A DNA stretch of 20,000 nucleotides from an uncultured virus (IMG/VR IMGVR_UViG_3300031857_015178) (IMGVR_UViG_3300031857_015178), one strand, 5' to 3'. Counted from the first letter of the stretch, positions 6,601 through 17,639 are shown. The notes: a model not told the origin generated them from the sequence alone. Numbers and translations are program-made.

Positions 6601-9540
6601 CAACCACTTAAAAACCTTTATCCTCAAAGTAATAGAGATAATCCATTATCGGATCCTAAGGCATCCACTTCATTTGCTTTACCATCTCCATTGGGTCAAG
6701 TTGTTGTAGATGATCCTCAAAATAGTATCACTAAAGAAACTTTACAGAAAAAATTAACAGATTTAAAAGTTGGAATCGCTATTACTGATATTGTTTCGTC
6801 TTCAGTAGGAACAGCACATACTTTATATACAAAAATAGATCATGGTCTAAATCAAGTTACAAGCGTAAGTATTGTTGAGAGTGGTAATAACTATGGTTCT
6901 GGTAGTGGAAACGTTGAAACCTACTATAACTGTAAATTGGTTGGATATGGGGATTCTACATGTGGAAAAAATGCAACAGCAAGAGTTACAGTAAGTGCTG
7001 CTGGAACTATTTCTAATATTGCCATCATGGATGGTGGTAGTGCTTATGGTATTGGCAACACAATGACTGTTGTTGGTCTTGCAACCACTGCTGGATTCTC
7101 TCCTGCGCGATTAACTGTAAGCAAAATTAATAGCAATATTGGAGATACCTTAAATCTTTTTGGAATTATTGATAATACTTATGAAAACTATAATTCTTTG
7201 TATAGAATTGTAGGAATATCTACTGGAGCATCAAAGGAGATAATCGTATCTTCAGCATCAACTATTAGTAATATATCTACAACTGGTGTTGGTGTAACAA
7301 TTGCAGCAAATTCTAATGTGGTGTTGACAGGCAAGACACTTAACGTGGATTCAATATCATATAATCCAGTTACTGGTTTGGGAACCGTAACAACAACTTT
7401 GGCTCACGGATTAAATGTAAATAGTCCAATTGCTATTGGTGGAGCATCACAATCTTTCTATAACGGACAGTTTGTTGTCAAGCAAGTTGTAGGACTTTCT
7501 ACTTTTGTTGCTAATTTTGGTATTAGTACTTCAGCACCAGCAACTTCTGGTACTATTTTTGCATATAGACCAGGATTTGCTGCAGGTGGTGGAAGTGTCA
7601 ATAAAGACAATGAAAATCTTGGCGGTAGACTTGTAGTTCCTTATGCTGGCATTACAACTACTCTTTCTGCAGCAATTACAAGTGAAGTTGCTACAACTAT
7701 CAGTATTTCTAATGTTACGGATTATAATTTCCAAATTGGAGATTATCTGCAGATTGATGATGAAATTATGAGAATTAGAAGCACAGTAACAGGTAATCCA
7801 ATTACTGTGTTCCGTGGAGTTCTTGGTACAAATAAGAGCACTCACGTTAATGGTTCTGTTGTAAGAAGAGTTAATCCTCAACCAATTGAATTTCGTAGAA
7901 ACTCTTTAATTAGGGCTTCAGCACATACTTTTGAATATGTTGGATATGGTGCAGGTAATTACTCAACTGCTTTACCTGATAAGCAAAATAGAACTCTTAG
8001 TGCTAGTGAAGAATCTTTAGCACAAGCAACTAGAAAAGATGGTGGTGTTGTTGTATTCTCTGCAATGAATGCCGATGGTACTTTTTATACTAACAATAAG
8101 AAAGTAAACCCAACAACAGGACAAGAAGAATATATCGATAGTCCAATACAGACAACTGTTGGTGAGGACTTTACTTCTGGAGTAAATGGTGGATTTAATG
8201 TATTAAGTCCTCTTGAGGTATCTGTTAAGCGTTCTATTCGTGTTGATGGTGGAGATGATAATACTATCATTTCTAAATTTGATGGTCCTGTTATCTTTAA
8301 TAACAAAATTTCATCACTTTCTACAAAGGGAATTGAAGCCAATTCTTTACTCTTACAGGGAGACCAGAGTATACCTAGAAAATATACCGTAGGTATTTCC
8401 ACTCCAACAGAATCTGCAAACCCAGGTGACGTAACGTATAATGCACTTCCGGCAATAAATGATTATATTGGATGGGTTTATACTTCTAACAATAGATGGG
8501 AGAAGTTTGGATATATTGGAAGATTTGGTGTAGGTATTTCCTCTTCTGGTTCTTATGTTGGATTCTCAACCTTACTTAACTTAAGGTCTGGTATTGGAGC
8601 AACTATTACAACTCAGCATGATAGTATCAGTGGAATTACCACATTAACCTTTGATGCGAGTCCTCTTCGTGTTGGTGTCTCTACAGGATTGGGTCTTACA
8701 AAAACTTTTGTTGGAGTTGCTACTGAACTTAACTTTGTTGGGTATGGTGTCAGTATTCGTGCAGTTCAAAATGCAGGAATTGCTAGCATAACATTTGATG
8801 CTACAGGTGGGGGAACTGGATTCCCAGGAGCACCAGTAAATTCTATACAGTATAATGATGGTGGATTCTTTAGAGGGTCAAGTGCATTAAGTTTTGATGG
8901 AACTAATGTTTTCGTCGGAAACGCAATAGGAATTAATTCATCAATACCATCTACAAAATTTGATATCTTCTCTACTTCTGGTGGAGCAGTTCGTATTAGA
9001 TCCACAAGTCTTACTGGAAATATTCTAAGAATTGATGCTGGAAGTGTTGATGATCCAACACCTTTTGTTGTTGATTTCAGTGGAAATGTTGGTATACATA
9101 CAACAACTCCAAATGGAGCTTTAGATGTTACTGGAAATATTGTAGTTGCTGGTGGCAGTATTAGAATTTATGAGTCCGATAGAAGTAACTTCATTGGACT
9201 TCAAGTTCCCACATTAAATACAAACTATACATTAACGCTTCCTTCTACTGTTGGAACTGCAAGCAGTGTGTTGAGAACCATTGGTTCTGGAGTTCTTGAT
9301 TGGATTGCACCAGCAGCAGTTGTTGCTGAAGTCTTAACTAGTACAGACTTCTTAAATGAGGGAGAAACAAATCTTTACTTTAATGAAGAGAGAGTTCAAG
9401 ATGCCATTGGTGCAGCAATCAATACTGGAATTCAGACGGGTATTAGCGTCACTTATGATGATACTAACAATAGAATAAACTTTGATAATAGTTTCTCACT
9501 ATATCCATACACAACCAAAGGATTCAATATGCCTCTTTGA
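3679..9540 (+). CDS. Large virion structural / tail fibre protein (1953 aa)
   Basis: N-terminus MGLSRLDNFLK...YVDPN...GNSLTRPFKTLQRALIE is typical of cyanomyovirus fibre proteins; Gly/Ser/Thr/Val-rich beta composition; fibre motifs GNVGIHTTTPNGALDVTG and EGETNLYFNEERVQDAIG. Confidence 0.8.
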   Translation: MGLSRLDNFLKSVRGTIIYVDPNSIDSTDSIENQGNSLTRPFKTLQRALIEVSRFSYQAGLDNDRFGKTTILLYPGDHLVDNRPGWIPSGSNNYILRNGSTSNDFPPLDLNSNFDLTSPENQLYKMNSVHGGVIVPRGTSIVGLDLRKTRIRPLYVPDPENANIDRSAIFRVTGACYLWQFTVLDADPNAFSYKDYTTNSFLPNFSHHKLTVFEYADGVNPVKIDDAFLTHYTDRTDLQMYYEKVGLAYGQSSGRDVQPDYPSTSIDIQPKVDEYRIVGSRGVDVGISSIRAGDGVITSTTITVDLQESIPGLEVDTPIKISGVDAAGYNGQYVVSKVNTSTQIEYKVQNSPTTILPGTGSASLGIVVDTVTSASPYILNITIRSVFGMCSLLADGSKASGFKSMVVALFTGVGLQKDSKAFVKYNQTLGIYEDNSVSGNENISSDSLAVFKPDYANYHVKCINDAYLQLVSVFSIGYYEQFVSESGGDQSVSNSNCTFGTKGLVSKGFKSNAFAKDDVGYITHIIPPKVIESEEVNVDYLAIDVSKTVSAANTGRLYLYGQANQSALPEGVIEGYRVGARVNGLLNVSIVRSGISTEYFAKIVMPGGANNSSEKKYLVGKDSVGVSSIASNTITFTTPHAFINGETVRVLSNNGHLPDGIESNQVYYAITSGVASNAIKLAKTLNDTVSLTPIEINNRGGILNIISRVSDKKPGDIGHPIQYDSSNSNWYVNVSSASTENTIYSAVVGLGTVVLGSATPRTYIKRKQDTRNVFDTVYRIRYVIPADSPVTASAPLDGYVIQESNTSIAPTSTEVAYQFNPSGATLANSTQLRNQKLIANATWTAETAKIVTELPHNLEVGSKVEILNIKSTNNTSGIANTAFNGTFVVAGISSTKEFSVALKNNPGTFANNTSLRSTSSPYFKKKEFKNTYVVYKSEEVQKYVAGERDGIYYLLVANASNSPTLAPFTGERYLQPLKNLYPQSNRDNPLSDPKASTSFALPSPLGQVVVDDPQNSITKETLQKKLTDLKVGIAITDIVSSSVGTAHTLYTKIDHGLNQVTSVSIVESGNNYGSGSGNVETYYNCKLVGYGDSTCGKNATARVTVSAAGTISNIAIMDGGSAYGIGNTMTVVGLATTAGFSPARLTVSKINSNIGDTLNLFGIIDNTYENYNSLYRIVGISTGASKEIIVSSASTISNISTTGVGVTIAANSNVVLTGKTLNVDSISYNPVTGLGTVTTTLAHGLNVNSPIAIGGASQSFYNGQFVVKQVVGLSTFVANFGISTSAPATSGTIFAYRPGFAAGGGSVNKDNENLGGRLVVPYAGITTTLSAAITSEVATTISISNVTDYNFQIGDYLQIDDEIMRIRSTVTGNPITVFRGVLGTNKSTHVNGSVVRRVNPQPIEFRRNSLIRASAHTFEYVGYGAGNYSTALPDKQNRTLSASEESLAQATRKDGGVVVFSAMNADGTFYTNNKKVNPTTGQEEYIDSPIQTTVGEDFTSGVNGGFNVLSPLEVSVKRSIRVDGGDDNTIISKFDGPVIFNNKISSLSTKGIEANSLLLQGDQSIPRKYTVGISTPTESANPGDVTYNALPAINDYIGWVYTSNNRWEKFGYIGRFGVGISSSGSYVGFSTLLNLRSGIGATITTQHDSISGITTLTFDASPLRVGVSTGLGLTKTFVGVATELNFVGYGVSIRAVQNAGIASITFDATGGGTGFPGAPVNSIQYNDGGFFRGSSALSFDGTNVFVGNAIGINSSIPSTKFDIFSTSGGAVRIRSTSLTGNILRIDAGSVDDPTPFVVDFSGNVGIHTTTPNGALDVTGNIVVAGGSIRIYESDRSNFIGLQVPTLNTNYTLTLPSTVGTASSVLRTIGSGVLDWIAPAAVVAEVLTSTDFLNEGETNLYFNEERVQDAIGAAINTGIQTGISVTYDDTNNRINFDNSFSLYPYTTKGFNMPL

Positions 9541-9543
9541 TGC

Positions 9544-9873
9544 TTACCCCAACTCTGGAATTATTACTATATTATACGCAGACACACCAGTTGCAGAAAA
9601 TGTCTGAGTTGGGGCAAGCATTATTTCTGTGGGTAGTGCAGCAGCAGTTCCCGTCGATGCTGTAGTGAGTGAATTGTTTGCTGAAGTTGAACTTGCGCTT
9701 GTATAAGCAAGATTTCTTCCAATAGCAGATAATCCAGTGCTGCTTATTGAAATTCCAGCCCAACTCATAGCAATATTGGTTCCTGCCATATAGTTGATAA
9801 TTACTCTCACATTTTGACCTGTGTTATTTGTATAACCAACGTTGCTTGCGCCACTTAATACTTGGGATGCCAT
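9544..9873 (-). CDS. Small beta-rich hypothetical (probably virion) protein on the opposite strand
   Basis: 109-aa ORF filling the gap, convergent with the 1953-aa gene (3 nt apart); Ser/Thr/Ala-rich like neighbouring structural genes; has an upstream TAAATA motif. Confidence 0.75.
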   Translation of the reverse strand: MASQVLSGASNVGYTNNTGQNVRVIINYMAGTNIAMSWAGISISSTGLSAIGRNLAYTSASSTSANNSLTTASTGTAAALPTEIMLAPTQTFSATGVSAYNIVIIPELG

Positions 9874-9894
9874 ATTTCCAAAAATACTTTTTAT

Positions 9895-9913
9895 TATTTA
9901 GTTTTTATAAATA
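9895..9913. promoter_or_regulatory. Back-to-back divergent T4-type late promoters
   Basis: Minus-strand CTAAATA (TATTTAG at 9895-9901) and plus-strand perfect TATAAATA (9906-9913). Confidence 0.7.
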
Positions 9914-9942
9914 ACTAAAATAGTGCAAGGGGAGAGTGAACC

Positions 9943-12900
9943 TTGGGAATAAACAAGAACTTTGTAGTAAAACACGGTTTAGAGGTTAATACAAATCTTG
10001 TCCTTGCTAATGCGGATACGGGTAGAGTTGGACTGGGAACAACAAATCCAATATCCGAGTTAGACTTATTTTCTGCTAATGAAGCAAAACTTTCTGTAAG
10101 AAGTCCTGAAGGACAATCACTTGTAGATATTGATTCGGGAATTACATCAACATCTCAGTTAAGATTCAAACAGAATGGGGTTTTGAAGGGAGATATTTCC
10201 TTTAACTCTCAAACTTTAGATGTTTTAGAAATAAATTCATCTACTGATAAGAGTGTTGTTCTTGCAACCGGTGGGGGTAAGGTTGGAATAGCAACCACAA
10301 ATCCAACTTCGGAATTGACAGTTTCTGGAGATGTTTTTGTATCTAATGATGTTCTTGTAAATGGAATTTCGACTTTCTCTGGTATAACAACTGTTACTGG
10401 AGAAACTCTATTTTCAAAACAATTAAATGTTTCTGGAGTTTCAACATTCAATGCTGATGTTGATCTTATTCAAGATTTAAACGTAAATGGAAATTTAACT
10501 TTAACTGGCATTGGAACTTTTGTTGGATTTTCAACTTTTAATAACAACGTTTATGTTGCCGGAATATCAACATTTAATGGTCTCATTGATGCAAATGGTG
10601 GAGCAACAATCGATAATGTAAGAATCGGTATTGCGGATGATAATGAAATTGACACTTCTTCTGGAAATCTAACACTTGATTCAAGTGCAGGTACGGTAAT
10701 TGTTGACGACCAACTATCGGTAGTTGGAGTATCAACATTTTCAAATAGAGTTATATTTAACAGTACAAATTCTATCCAAATTCCTGTTGGGACAACAGCA
10801 CAAAGAGACTCTGTTGGTGTAGCTGTAACGGGACAAATACGATATAACACAGAATTCTCAACCTTTGAAGGTTATGGACCAGGTGGTTCTTGGGGTTCTC
10901 TTGGTGGCGTCAAGGATGTTGATGGTAACACCTATATTATTCCAGAATCATCTCCTGGAGCAAATGAAAATATTCTATATTTTTATAATAATGGAGCGTT
11001 GTCTGCCACTATTTCGTCAACTTCAACAAACATTAATACAAACACAAATATCAGTGGTGTTGTCACTGCATCTACATTTTACGGTCAAGGCGGTGCATTG
11101 ACTTTAGGAACACCTACAGACTCTAGTATCACTAGCAACGGAGCACTTAATACTTTTACTGGAAGCACAAAGTTAGTTGATAGTGTTGATGACTTAAATG
11201 AACTTGCATTTAATATCATAAGAAATACTGCAGTTACTAATGTAGATTTCTCTTCAAGTTCACTAGCTGGTGGTTCTCCATTATCAATTACTCTATCAGT
11301 TACAAGTTCTGGAAATGCTAATCGTTATGATGTTGATTGGGGAGATGGTACATCAACCTCCAATTATACCTCTGCATCTATTCCACATACATATACTCAA
11401 CCAGCAGGTGGATTATTCTCAATATCTCTAGTTGCTAAGAATAATTCTGGAATTGGTGCAGGAAGTAGTTATTCTACAGCAAAGAGCAATTATATTACAG
11501 TTTACACCCCAAATCCAGTAGTTTCCTTCGATTTATATAGAACATCTACTGGAGGTTCTGTTCTTTCAGGTAATGACTTATATGTGGTTGAAGGTCAATC
11601 TTTATACCTAGATAATAACACTTCGAATACAAGTGGAGCAACTGTTAATTATACGATGAACTGGGGAGATGGTTCATCAAATGATTCTATTGCAAATAAT
11701 ACTGCTTCTGGTGGTGCTGATGTTTCTGCCTCAAGACTACAGCATACTTGGGTTGAAGGAACAAATAGTTCTACAACCAGAGATACGCTCACTCTAACTC
11801 TAAACGCGCATAATACTGCAGACCCTGCTGTTATTCCTGCTGTTGGAACTGGACTGTTGAAAGTTTATGATGATGCACCTGCAGCACCAGATGGACTAAG
11901 CAGCAAAACACTATCAAACGTCACTAGCACTGGAACAAACCCAAGACTTGTTTCTGGATTTACTGATAATACTGGAGGTACTACATTATCTGCTGGTAAT
12001 GATGTTACTCGTGTAACTGGTGGAACTGCTGAAGCTACGGCAACTTCTACATTTGCTTATAATGCAAATAGTGGAACTCTTACAGCACATGTAAACGGAT
12101 CCTCTGATGGTTCTAGAGTATTGACTAGTGGAGATGATTCTGGAACTTACACAAGTCTTGTAATTACTGAAGAAAGTGATTATCAGTTATTGAATTCTTC
12201 TGGTTCAACTACAACTTTTGCGGCAAGTATTTATTATCCTGGACTGTATAAAGGATTTAAGGCAAAAGTTTCAAAAGCAGTTTCTGCTTTAAGCGTTGGT
12301 GTGAATAGTATGAGATTGCTTCATAGTGTTACTGGTAACACAAACGCAGTGCAGTTTGTTAAAGATGATGTAACTGCCACACCTGTTGTAAGTATTTCGA
12401 CTGCAACACTTGCAGAAAACGTTGCTGGTACTTATCGCTATGTTTCTGGTATTCCTTATTACAACAGTGGTTCGCCATCTCTTACTTTGTCTGGATTGAC
12501 AGTTACAAATCTCACAGGACAGACATATACAAACCAGTCTGATATTGTTGAGGTTGATAATGGCACAAATCAAGAAGGAACTTCTAGTGTGGCTATAGTA
12601 GATAGTGATTACACATATTCTCAAATTAATGGTCCTTCAAGTATGTTAAGTGGTGGAATTCCCATCGCTAACGTTGGAGTATCTTCTCCATATGCTATTT
12701 CAAGTTTGACAGTTCCAATCACATCCTCAAGTGTAAGAACTATTGATAGAGTCAGAGTTCGTGCCAAGAATGTAAACGGAACCAGTAGCTACACAAGTGA
12801 TATTTCGACTAACATCCAAGTACATACCGCAGCACAATCCGGAATTTCTGAGGTTTCAATAGCAGTTCCTTCTGGACTTGGTGATGGAACCTACACTGAT

Positions 12901-13518
12901 AATGGAATAAGAATTTATAATTTTGGTCCTGGAGTTACTACAACAACTCCTTCCTATAATGGAGCAACTAATTTCTATACTAACAATCCATATTCTGAAT
13001 CATCTTCTCCAGCAGGAATTACTACAACGGCAGAATCTGTCGTCAGATTGGGTGCTATCACCCATAACCAAGTAAATTACTCGACTGGTTATCTTCCAGT
13101 TGGTCCTAATTTTTCATCTGGAAGAAGTGGAACTCAGTATTTTACTTTTGCATTTAGAAGGAGGGTTGTTGCTAACTTTGACATCAATATCACAAGTTCC
13201 ACTGGTGTCGCTGGTGTTTGGATTGCTGCACCCGGAACAAGCATAGATACTACAAGTGGATTAAATGGTTGGTTAAGAGCAGACACTGCTTATGGAGGTT
13301 CTGGAGTTCCTGGTAGTGGACCGGGTGGAAATGGTTCTGATGGTTGTGCTTTCACTAATGGAGATAGAATTATTGCATCAACATCTTTAAGTGGTGGTTA
13401 TACTATGACACTAGGTAGCGAAAACATGAGTAATGCTACTGGTAATGTTGTTCTTATAAGAATTGCTTTGGCATCAGGGCAATCCGTAACAAGTCTTAGT
13501 ATAGGAGCTGCAGCGTAA
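9943..13518 (+). CDS. Tail fibre protein with two PKD-like domains
   Basis: TTG start after purine-rich AAGGGGAGAG; N-terminal [12 protein letters not shown] fibre anchor; VGLGTTNP fibre repeats; [11 protein letters not shown]...GQIRYNT motif; PKD signatures YDVDWGDG and YTMNWGDG. Confidence 0.8.
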   Translation: MGINKNFVVKHGLEVNTNLVLANADTGRVGLGTTNPISELDLFSANEAKLSVRSPEGQSLVDIDSGITSTSQLRFKQNGVLKGDISFNSQTLDVLEINSSTDKSVVLATGGGKVGIATTNPTSELTVSGDVFVSNDVLVNGISTFSGITTVTGETLFSKQLNVSGVSTFNADVDLIQDLNVNGNLTLTGIGTFVGFSTFNNNVYVAGISTFNGLIDANGGATIDNVRIGIADDNEIDTSSGNLTLDSSAGTVIVDDQLSVVGVSTFSNRVIFNSTNSIQIPVGTTAQRDSVGVAVTGQIRYNTEFSTFEGYGPGGSWGSLGGVKDVDGNTYIIPESSPGANENILYFYNNGALSATISSTSTNINTNTNISGVVTASTFYGQGGALTLGTPTDSSITSNGALNTFTGSTKLVDSVDDLNELAFNIIRNTAVTNVDFSSSSLAGGSPLSITLSVTSSGNANRYDVDWGDGTSTSNYTSASIPHTYTQPAGGLFSISLVAKNNSGIGAGSSYSTAKSNYITVYTPNPVVSFDLYRTSTGGSVLSGNDLYVVEGQSLYLDNNTSNTSGATVNYTMNWGDGSSNDSIANNTASGGADVSASRLQHTWVEGTNSSTTRDTLTLTLNAHNTADPAVIPAVGTGLLKVYDDAPAAPDGLSSKTLSNVTSTGTNPRLVSGFTDNTGGTTLSAGNDVTRVTGGTAEATATSTFAYNANSGTLTAHVNGSSDGSRVLTSGDDSGTYTSLVITEESDYQLLNSSGSTTTFAASIYYPGLYKGFKAKVSKAVSALSVGVNSMRLLHSVTGNTNAVQFVKDDVTATPVVSISTATLAENVAGTYRYVSGIPYYNSGSPSLTLSGLTVTNLTGQTYTNQSDIVEVDNGTNQEGTSSVAIVDSDYTYSQINGPSSMLSGGIPIANVGVSSPYAISSLTVPITSSSVRTIDRVRVRAKNVNGTSSYTSDISTNIQVHTAAQSGISEVSIAVPSGLGDGTYTDNGIRIYNFGPGVTTTTPSYNGATNFYTNNPYSESSSPAGITTTAESVVRLGAITHNQVNYSTGYLPVGPNFSSGRSGTQYFTFAFRRRVVANFDINITSSTGVAGVWIAAPGTSIDTTSGLNGWLRADTAYGGSGVPGSGPGGNGSDGCAFTNGDRIIASTSLSGGYTMTLGSENMSNATGNVVLIRIALASGQSVTSLSIGAAA

Positions 13519-13519
13519 A

Positions 13520-16456
13520 ATGGCTATTTCAAACGATCAGAAGATAGACTATCTCTGGAAAAAAATTGGTTATGGTAGAGCGAAGACTGATACTGCAGCA
13601 ATTAAGGATGCAGTAAACGAATCCATCTCAAGTGCGTTATTATTGAGAGGTGATAACGTCTGGGCTCAATCAAATCTAATACCAACAACTATTCCTGTCA
13701 GTAGCACATCAGTAGTTACCTTATATCCAACATCACTACCTGTTGAATGCACTGCAGATACCACTTCATCTACAAATAGAACCTGGAAAACAAACATTAC
13801 CGATTGGATTCCACCAGAAATTGGTTCTACTTATCTTGTAAAAGTCTACGTTCATACATCAGGCAATGCTGCAACCGCTGCTGCATCTGGAACTCAATTA
13901 GTTGCTGCTGGTTCTGGTAATAATGATGAATGGTTCTTTGACTACCAATCAGGAACTTTAAACTTTATTGGAACAAACCTTCCAAGTGGAGTTAACTTTA
14001 CTGGAAAGAGTGTTTATATTAGCGGTGCAGTTTATAGTGGAATTAAAGGAGTAGCACCAGTTGGTGCAGCAAACACATTTACTGATATCAACCTAACTGG
14101 AAACTTAAGTGTAACCGGAGTTTCTACTTTTGTTGGTGGTATTCGTGGTATTGGTATTCAATCCGGAAGTGTTAATGTAACAACTGGAATTATAACAGCA
14201 TTAAACTTTGTTGGTGCTGGAAATTCAATTTCATATAATGCTGGTACAAAAACTGTTGATATTAGCATTGGTGGAGGAAATTGGGAATATGAGAATCCTT
14301 CCGATACTTATTTCAGCGATATTTACAGATTAAATGGAAATGTTGGTCTTGGTACATTTAATCCAACAGCAAAACTTGACGTTCATGGAAGTGCAATAAT
14401 CACTGGAATTGTCACTGCTGGATTATTTGTAGGTGATGGTTCTGGATTAACTGGAGTTGTTGCTGCAGGCACTGGAGTTGAAGTTAGAGATGATAACACT
14501 TTAATTGGAGTTGCCTCCGTATTTGATTATGGTTCAAATTTATCAGTTCTTTTTTCTGCAGGCATTGCTACAGTTGTTTCAACTGGAGGAGGACAATGGG
14601 TAACAACTGCCGCAGGTATTCACACATTATCTAATGTTGGAATTGGAAGTACAATCCCAACAAGTGCTCTTACAGTTCAAGGAAATGTTCTTATATCTGG
14701 TATAACAACATCTAGTGGATATAATGTTCCCTCCGCAAATGATTATAAAATCAATGGTACTACAGTTCTCAATAGTACAACGTTGGGATCTGGTATTCTC
14801 AATTCATCGCTGACTTCTGTTGGAACATTATCTCGATTGGTCGTATCTGGTGTAACAACATCCAGTGGTTATAATGCCACCACTGGTACTGATTATAAAA
14901 TTAATGGAAGCACCGTTCTTGATTCAACTACACTTGGTTCTGGTGTTGTCAATTCATCATTAACCTCTGTTGGAACTCTTGCTGGTGGCCTCAACATTGC
15001 TTCGGGTCAAACATATAGAGTTAATGGAACTTCTGTTCTTGATGCAACTACACTAGGTTCTGGAGTAGTTAACTCATCATTAACTTCTGTTGGAACTTTA
15101 GGTTCTCTAAATGTTTCTGGAACATCAACCTTTGCTGGTATTACAACTGTCACGGGAACAACACTGTTTTCCAGACAATTAAGTGTCTCTGGAATCGTAA
15201 CAACAGGTACTCTTAATCTAATCACTGGCAATACCTACCAAATTGCAGGTGTTAATGTTCTATCTGCAACAACTTTGGGTGCAAACGTTGTTACTTCATC
15301 ACTAACTTCCGTTGGAACTCTTGCTGCTGGCCTTAATATTGCTTCAGGACAAACATACAGAGTTAATGGTACTGCAGTTCTTGATGCAACTACATTAGGT
15401 TCTGGTGTCGTTAATTCATCATTGACTTCTGTAGGATCATTAACAGCACTGCGTGTTAGTGGATTGACTACATTCGCTCAAACTGTAGAGTTAGATGCTG
15501 CTCTTAGAGACATTGACAATAATGTAGGTGCTGGTGGGTCTATTCTTGTTTCTACAGGAACTGGTGTTCGTTGGACTGCACCTTTTGCTGCAGGTATTCA
15601 AGGTCTTCAGGGAACCACAGGTACTACTGGTCCTACTGGAGCACAAGGGACAACAGGTACTCAAGGAACAACTGGTCCTACTGGAGCACAAGGGACAACA
15701 GGTACTCAAGGAACCACAGGTACTACGGGTCCTACTGGGGCCCAAGGAACAACAGGTACTCAAGGAACAACTGGTGCTACGGGTCCTACTGGGGCCCAAG
15801 GAACAACAGGTACTACTGGTACTACAGGTACTCAAGGTACTACGGGAGCCCAAGGAACAACTGGTGCTACAGGTACTACTGGTCCTACTGGGGCCCAAGG
15901 AACAACAGGTGCTACGGGTCCTACTGGAGCACAAGGAACCACAGGCACTCAAGGAACCACAGGTACTACGGGTCCTACTGGAGCACAGGGTACTACAGGG
16001 ACTCAAGGAGCTACAGGAAGTGGAGGTTCGATTACGGATGATACTTCTACAAATGCTACATTATATCCATTATTCCAAAGCGCAACTTCAGGAACTTTAG
16101 TTAATGTTAGGGTTTCTTCACCAAACCTCCAGTTTAATCCTGCAACTGGAACTTTGTCGGCCACAATATTCACATCACTATCTGACAAAACTCAAAAGAC
16201 CAACATAAGACCTATAGATAATTCAATTGAACTTGTGAAACAACTTGAAGGAGTTCGTTATGATTGGATAAATAATCAAAAACCTTCAATTGGTGTTATC
16301 GCACAAGATATTGAAAAAGTACTTCCCGAAGTAGTTGAGATGAATAGCAACGGATTAAAATCAGTCTCTTATGGAAATATTGTTGGGGTATTAATTGAAG
16401 CAATTAAAGAGCAGCAAATTCGTATCGAAGAGTTGGAGAGAAAGTTAAATGCCTAA
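13520..16456 (+). CDS. Tail fibre with internal repeats, collagen-like tract and C-terminal peptidase S74 intramolecular chaperone
   Basis: C-terminal SDKTQKTNI...LEGVRYDW...[15 protein letters not shown]...[19 protein letters not shown] is the S74 signature; 47 G-X-Y triplets; [16 protein letters not shown] fibre motifs. Confidence 0.88.
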   Translation: MAISNDQKIDYLWKKIGYGRAKTDTAAIKDAVNESISSALLLRGDNVWAQSNLIPTTIPVSSTSVVTLYPTSLPVECTADTTSSTNRTWKTNITDWIPPEIGSTYLVKVYVHTSGNAATAAASGTQLVAAGSGNNDEWFFDYQSGTLNFIGTNLPSGVNFTGKSVYISGAVYSGIKGVAPVGAANTFTDINLTGNLSVTGVSTFVGGIRGIGIQSGSVNVTTGIITALNFVGAGNSISYNAGTKTVDISIGGGNWEYENPSDTYFSDIYRLNGNVGLGTFNPTAKLDVHGSAIITGIVTAGLFVGDGSGLTGVVAAGTGVEVRDDNTLIGVASVFDYGSNLSVLFSAGIATVVSTGGGQWVTTAAGIHTLSNVGIGSTIPTSALTVQGNVLISGITTSSGYNVPSANDYKINGTTVLNSTTLGSGILNSSLTSVGTLSRLVVSGVTTSSGYNATTGTDYKINGSTVLDSTTLGSGVVNSSLTSVGTLAGGLNIASGQTYRVNGTSVLDATTLGSGVVNSSLTSVGTLGSLNVSGTSTFAGITTVTGTTLFSRQLSVSGIVTTGTLNLITGNTYQIAGVNVLSATTLGANVVTSSLTSVGTLAAGLNIASGQTYRVNGTAVLDATTLGSGVVNSSLTSVGSLTALRVSGLTTFAQTVELDAALRDIDNNVGAGGSILVSTGTGVRWTAPFAAGIQGLQGTTGTTGPTGAQGTTGTQGTTGPTGAQGTTGTQGTTGTTGPTGAQGTTGTQGTTGATGPTGAQGTTGTTGTTGTQGTTGAQGTTGATGTTGPTGAQGTTGATGPTGAQGTTGTQGTTGTTGPTGAQGTTGTQGATGSGGSITDDTSTNATLYPLFQSATSGTLVNVRVSSPNLQFNPATGTLSATIFTSLSDKTQKTNIRPIDNSIELVKQLEGVRYDWINNQKPSIGVIAQDIEKVLPEVVEMNSNGLKSVSYGNIVGVLIEAIKEQQIRIEELERKLNA
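14744..15441 (+). repeat. Five copies of a ~29-aa fibre repeat [29 protein letters not shown]
   Basis: Visible in the translation of 13520..16456. Confidence 0.85.
15593..16015 (+). repeat. Collagen-like (G-X-Y)47 tract, 9-nt periodic
   Basis: Uninterrupted triplets [18 protein letters not shown] ... GTQ GAT over 423 nt. Confidence 0.95.
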
Positions 16457-17636
16457 TCAGTTTTTCTCCCCAGAAGGAGATTTAGAAAATTATTTTGTAA
16501 CTGAGTATTGGTTAATAGACCAATATGTTGGTGATGAGTTGTGGGCTTGGGGTAATGCCATTAATGGAAGACTAGGAAATGCCACAACAACACCTATCAG
16601 AAGTACTCCCGTAACAACATCTTCTGGCGGAATTAATTGGAAATTGCCATCCGGGACAAGTAATGCTTCAGCAGCAATCAAAACTGACGGAACTCTATGG
16701 GTTTGGGGAACCAATACTGCGGGAGGACTTGCTCTAGGTCCGTCAACTGCCAGTCCACTAACCCCAGTCACTACATTTGCAGGAGGAAACAACTGGAAAT
16801 CTTTATCTGGAACTACCTCAGCAATCAAAACTGATGGAACTTTATGGGTTTGGGGTAGTGCTACTGGTGGAAGACTAGGAAATGCCACAACAACACCTAA
16901 CAGAAGTACTCCTGTAACAACATTTGCGGGAGGAAACAACTGGAAACAAGTTTCGGGCACTGCAGCAGTTAAAACTGATGGAACTTTATGGGTCTGGGGT
17001 GATCAGGCTAGGGGGAGACTTGGAAACGGAGTAACAACAGGCAGTATATCCACTCCGGTCACAACATTTGCTGGAGGAAATAACTGGAAACAAGTTTCTA
17101 CGGGTGGTCAATCTTGCGCAGCAGTTAAAACTGATGGAACATTATGGACTTGGGGTAATGGTTCTAATGGAAGACTTGGAAACGGAGTAACAACAGGCAG
17201 TATATCCACTCCGGTCACAACATTTGCTGGAGGAAATAACTGGAAACAAGTGAGTTGTGGTGATATACATGTAGCAGCAATCAAGACTGATGGAACATTG
17301 TGGACTTGGGGTTATGGTAATAATGGAAGACTTGGAAACGCAGTAACAACAGGTAACATAAGTACTCCAGTCACCACTTTTGCTGGAGGAACTAATTGGA
17401 AACAAGTTTCTGGTGGAGACCTTGTTTCTGCAGCAATTAAAACTGATGGAACCTTATGGATTTGGGGTTCTGCTGTTAATGGGTCACTGGGAAATACTTT
17501 TAGCAGTAGTGCAATTTCAATACCTACTCCAATTACAACATTTATGGGAGGAACTAATTGGAAATATGTATCTGTAAACAGCGATGGACCTATGGCAGTC
17601 TTCTCCGGAACCACACCAGACCTTCCAATCTCATAA
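16449..17636 (+). CDS. RCC1/BLIP-II-like 7-bladed beta-propeller protein (paralog 1)
   Basis: Seven ~50-aa repeats LWxWG...GRLG...[16 protein letters not shown]...AAIKTDGT; start overlaps the fibre gene stop by 8 nt. Confidence 0.9.
   Translation: MPNQFFSPEGDLENYFVTEYWLIDQYVGDELWAWGNAINGRLGNATTTPIRSTPVTTSSGGINWKLPSGTSNASAAIKTDGTLWVWGTNTAGGLALGPSTASPLTPVTTFAGGNNWKSLSGTTSAIKTDGTLWVWGSATGGRLGNATTTPNRSTPVTTFAGGNNWKQVSGTAAVKTDGTLWVWGDQARGRLGNGVTTGSISTPVTTFAGGNNWKQVSTGGQSCAAVKTDGTLWTWGNGSNGRLGNGVTTGSISTPVTTFAGGNNWKQVSCGDIHVAAIKTDGTLWTWGYGNNGRLGNAVTTGNISTPVTTFAGGTNWKQVSGGDLVSAAIKTDGTLWIWGSAVNGSLGNTFSSSAISIPTPITTFMGGTNWKYVSVNSDGPMAVFSGTTPDLPIS
17016..17251 (+). repeat. Exact 80-nt direct repeat between adjacent propeller blades
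   Basis: 17016-17095 is identical to 17172-17251 (period 156 nt = 52 aa). Confidence 0.9.
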
Positions 17637-17639
17637 ATA
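17633..17639 (+). promoter_or_regulatory. T4-type late promoter (ATAAATA) overlapping a stop codon
   Basis: 14 nt upstream of ATG 17654. Confidence 0.55.

Noticed and set aside
4709..12624. Short nested or antisense ORFs within the large fibre genes
   Set aside because: Expected by chance inside long biased-codon genes; no promoters, RBS or recognisable motifs.
15491..16100. Long alternative-frame ORFs over the collagen tract (15491..16006 -, 15528..16100 +, 15571..16041 +)
   Set aside because: Stop-free shadows of a 9-nt periodic low-complexity repeat; no independent start signals.
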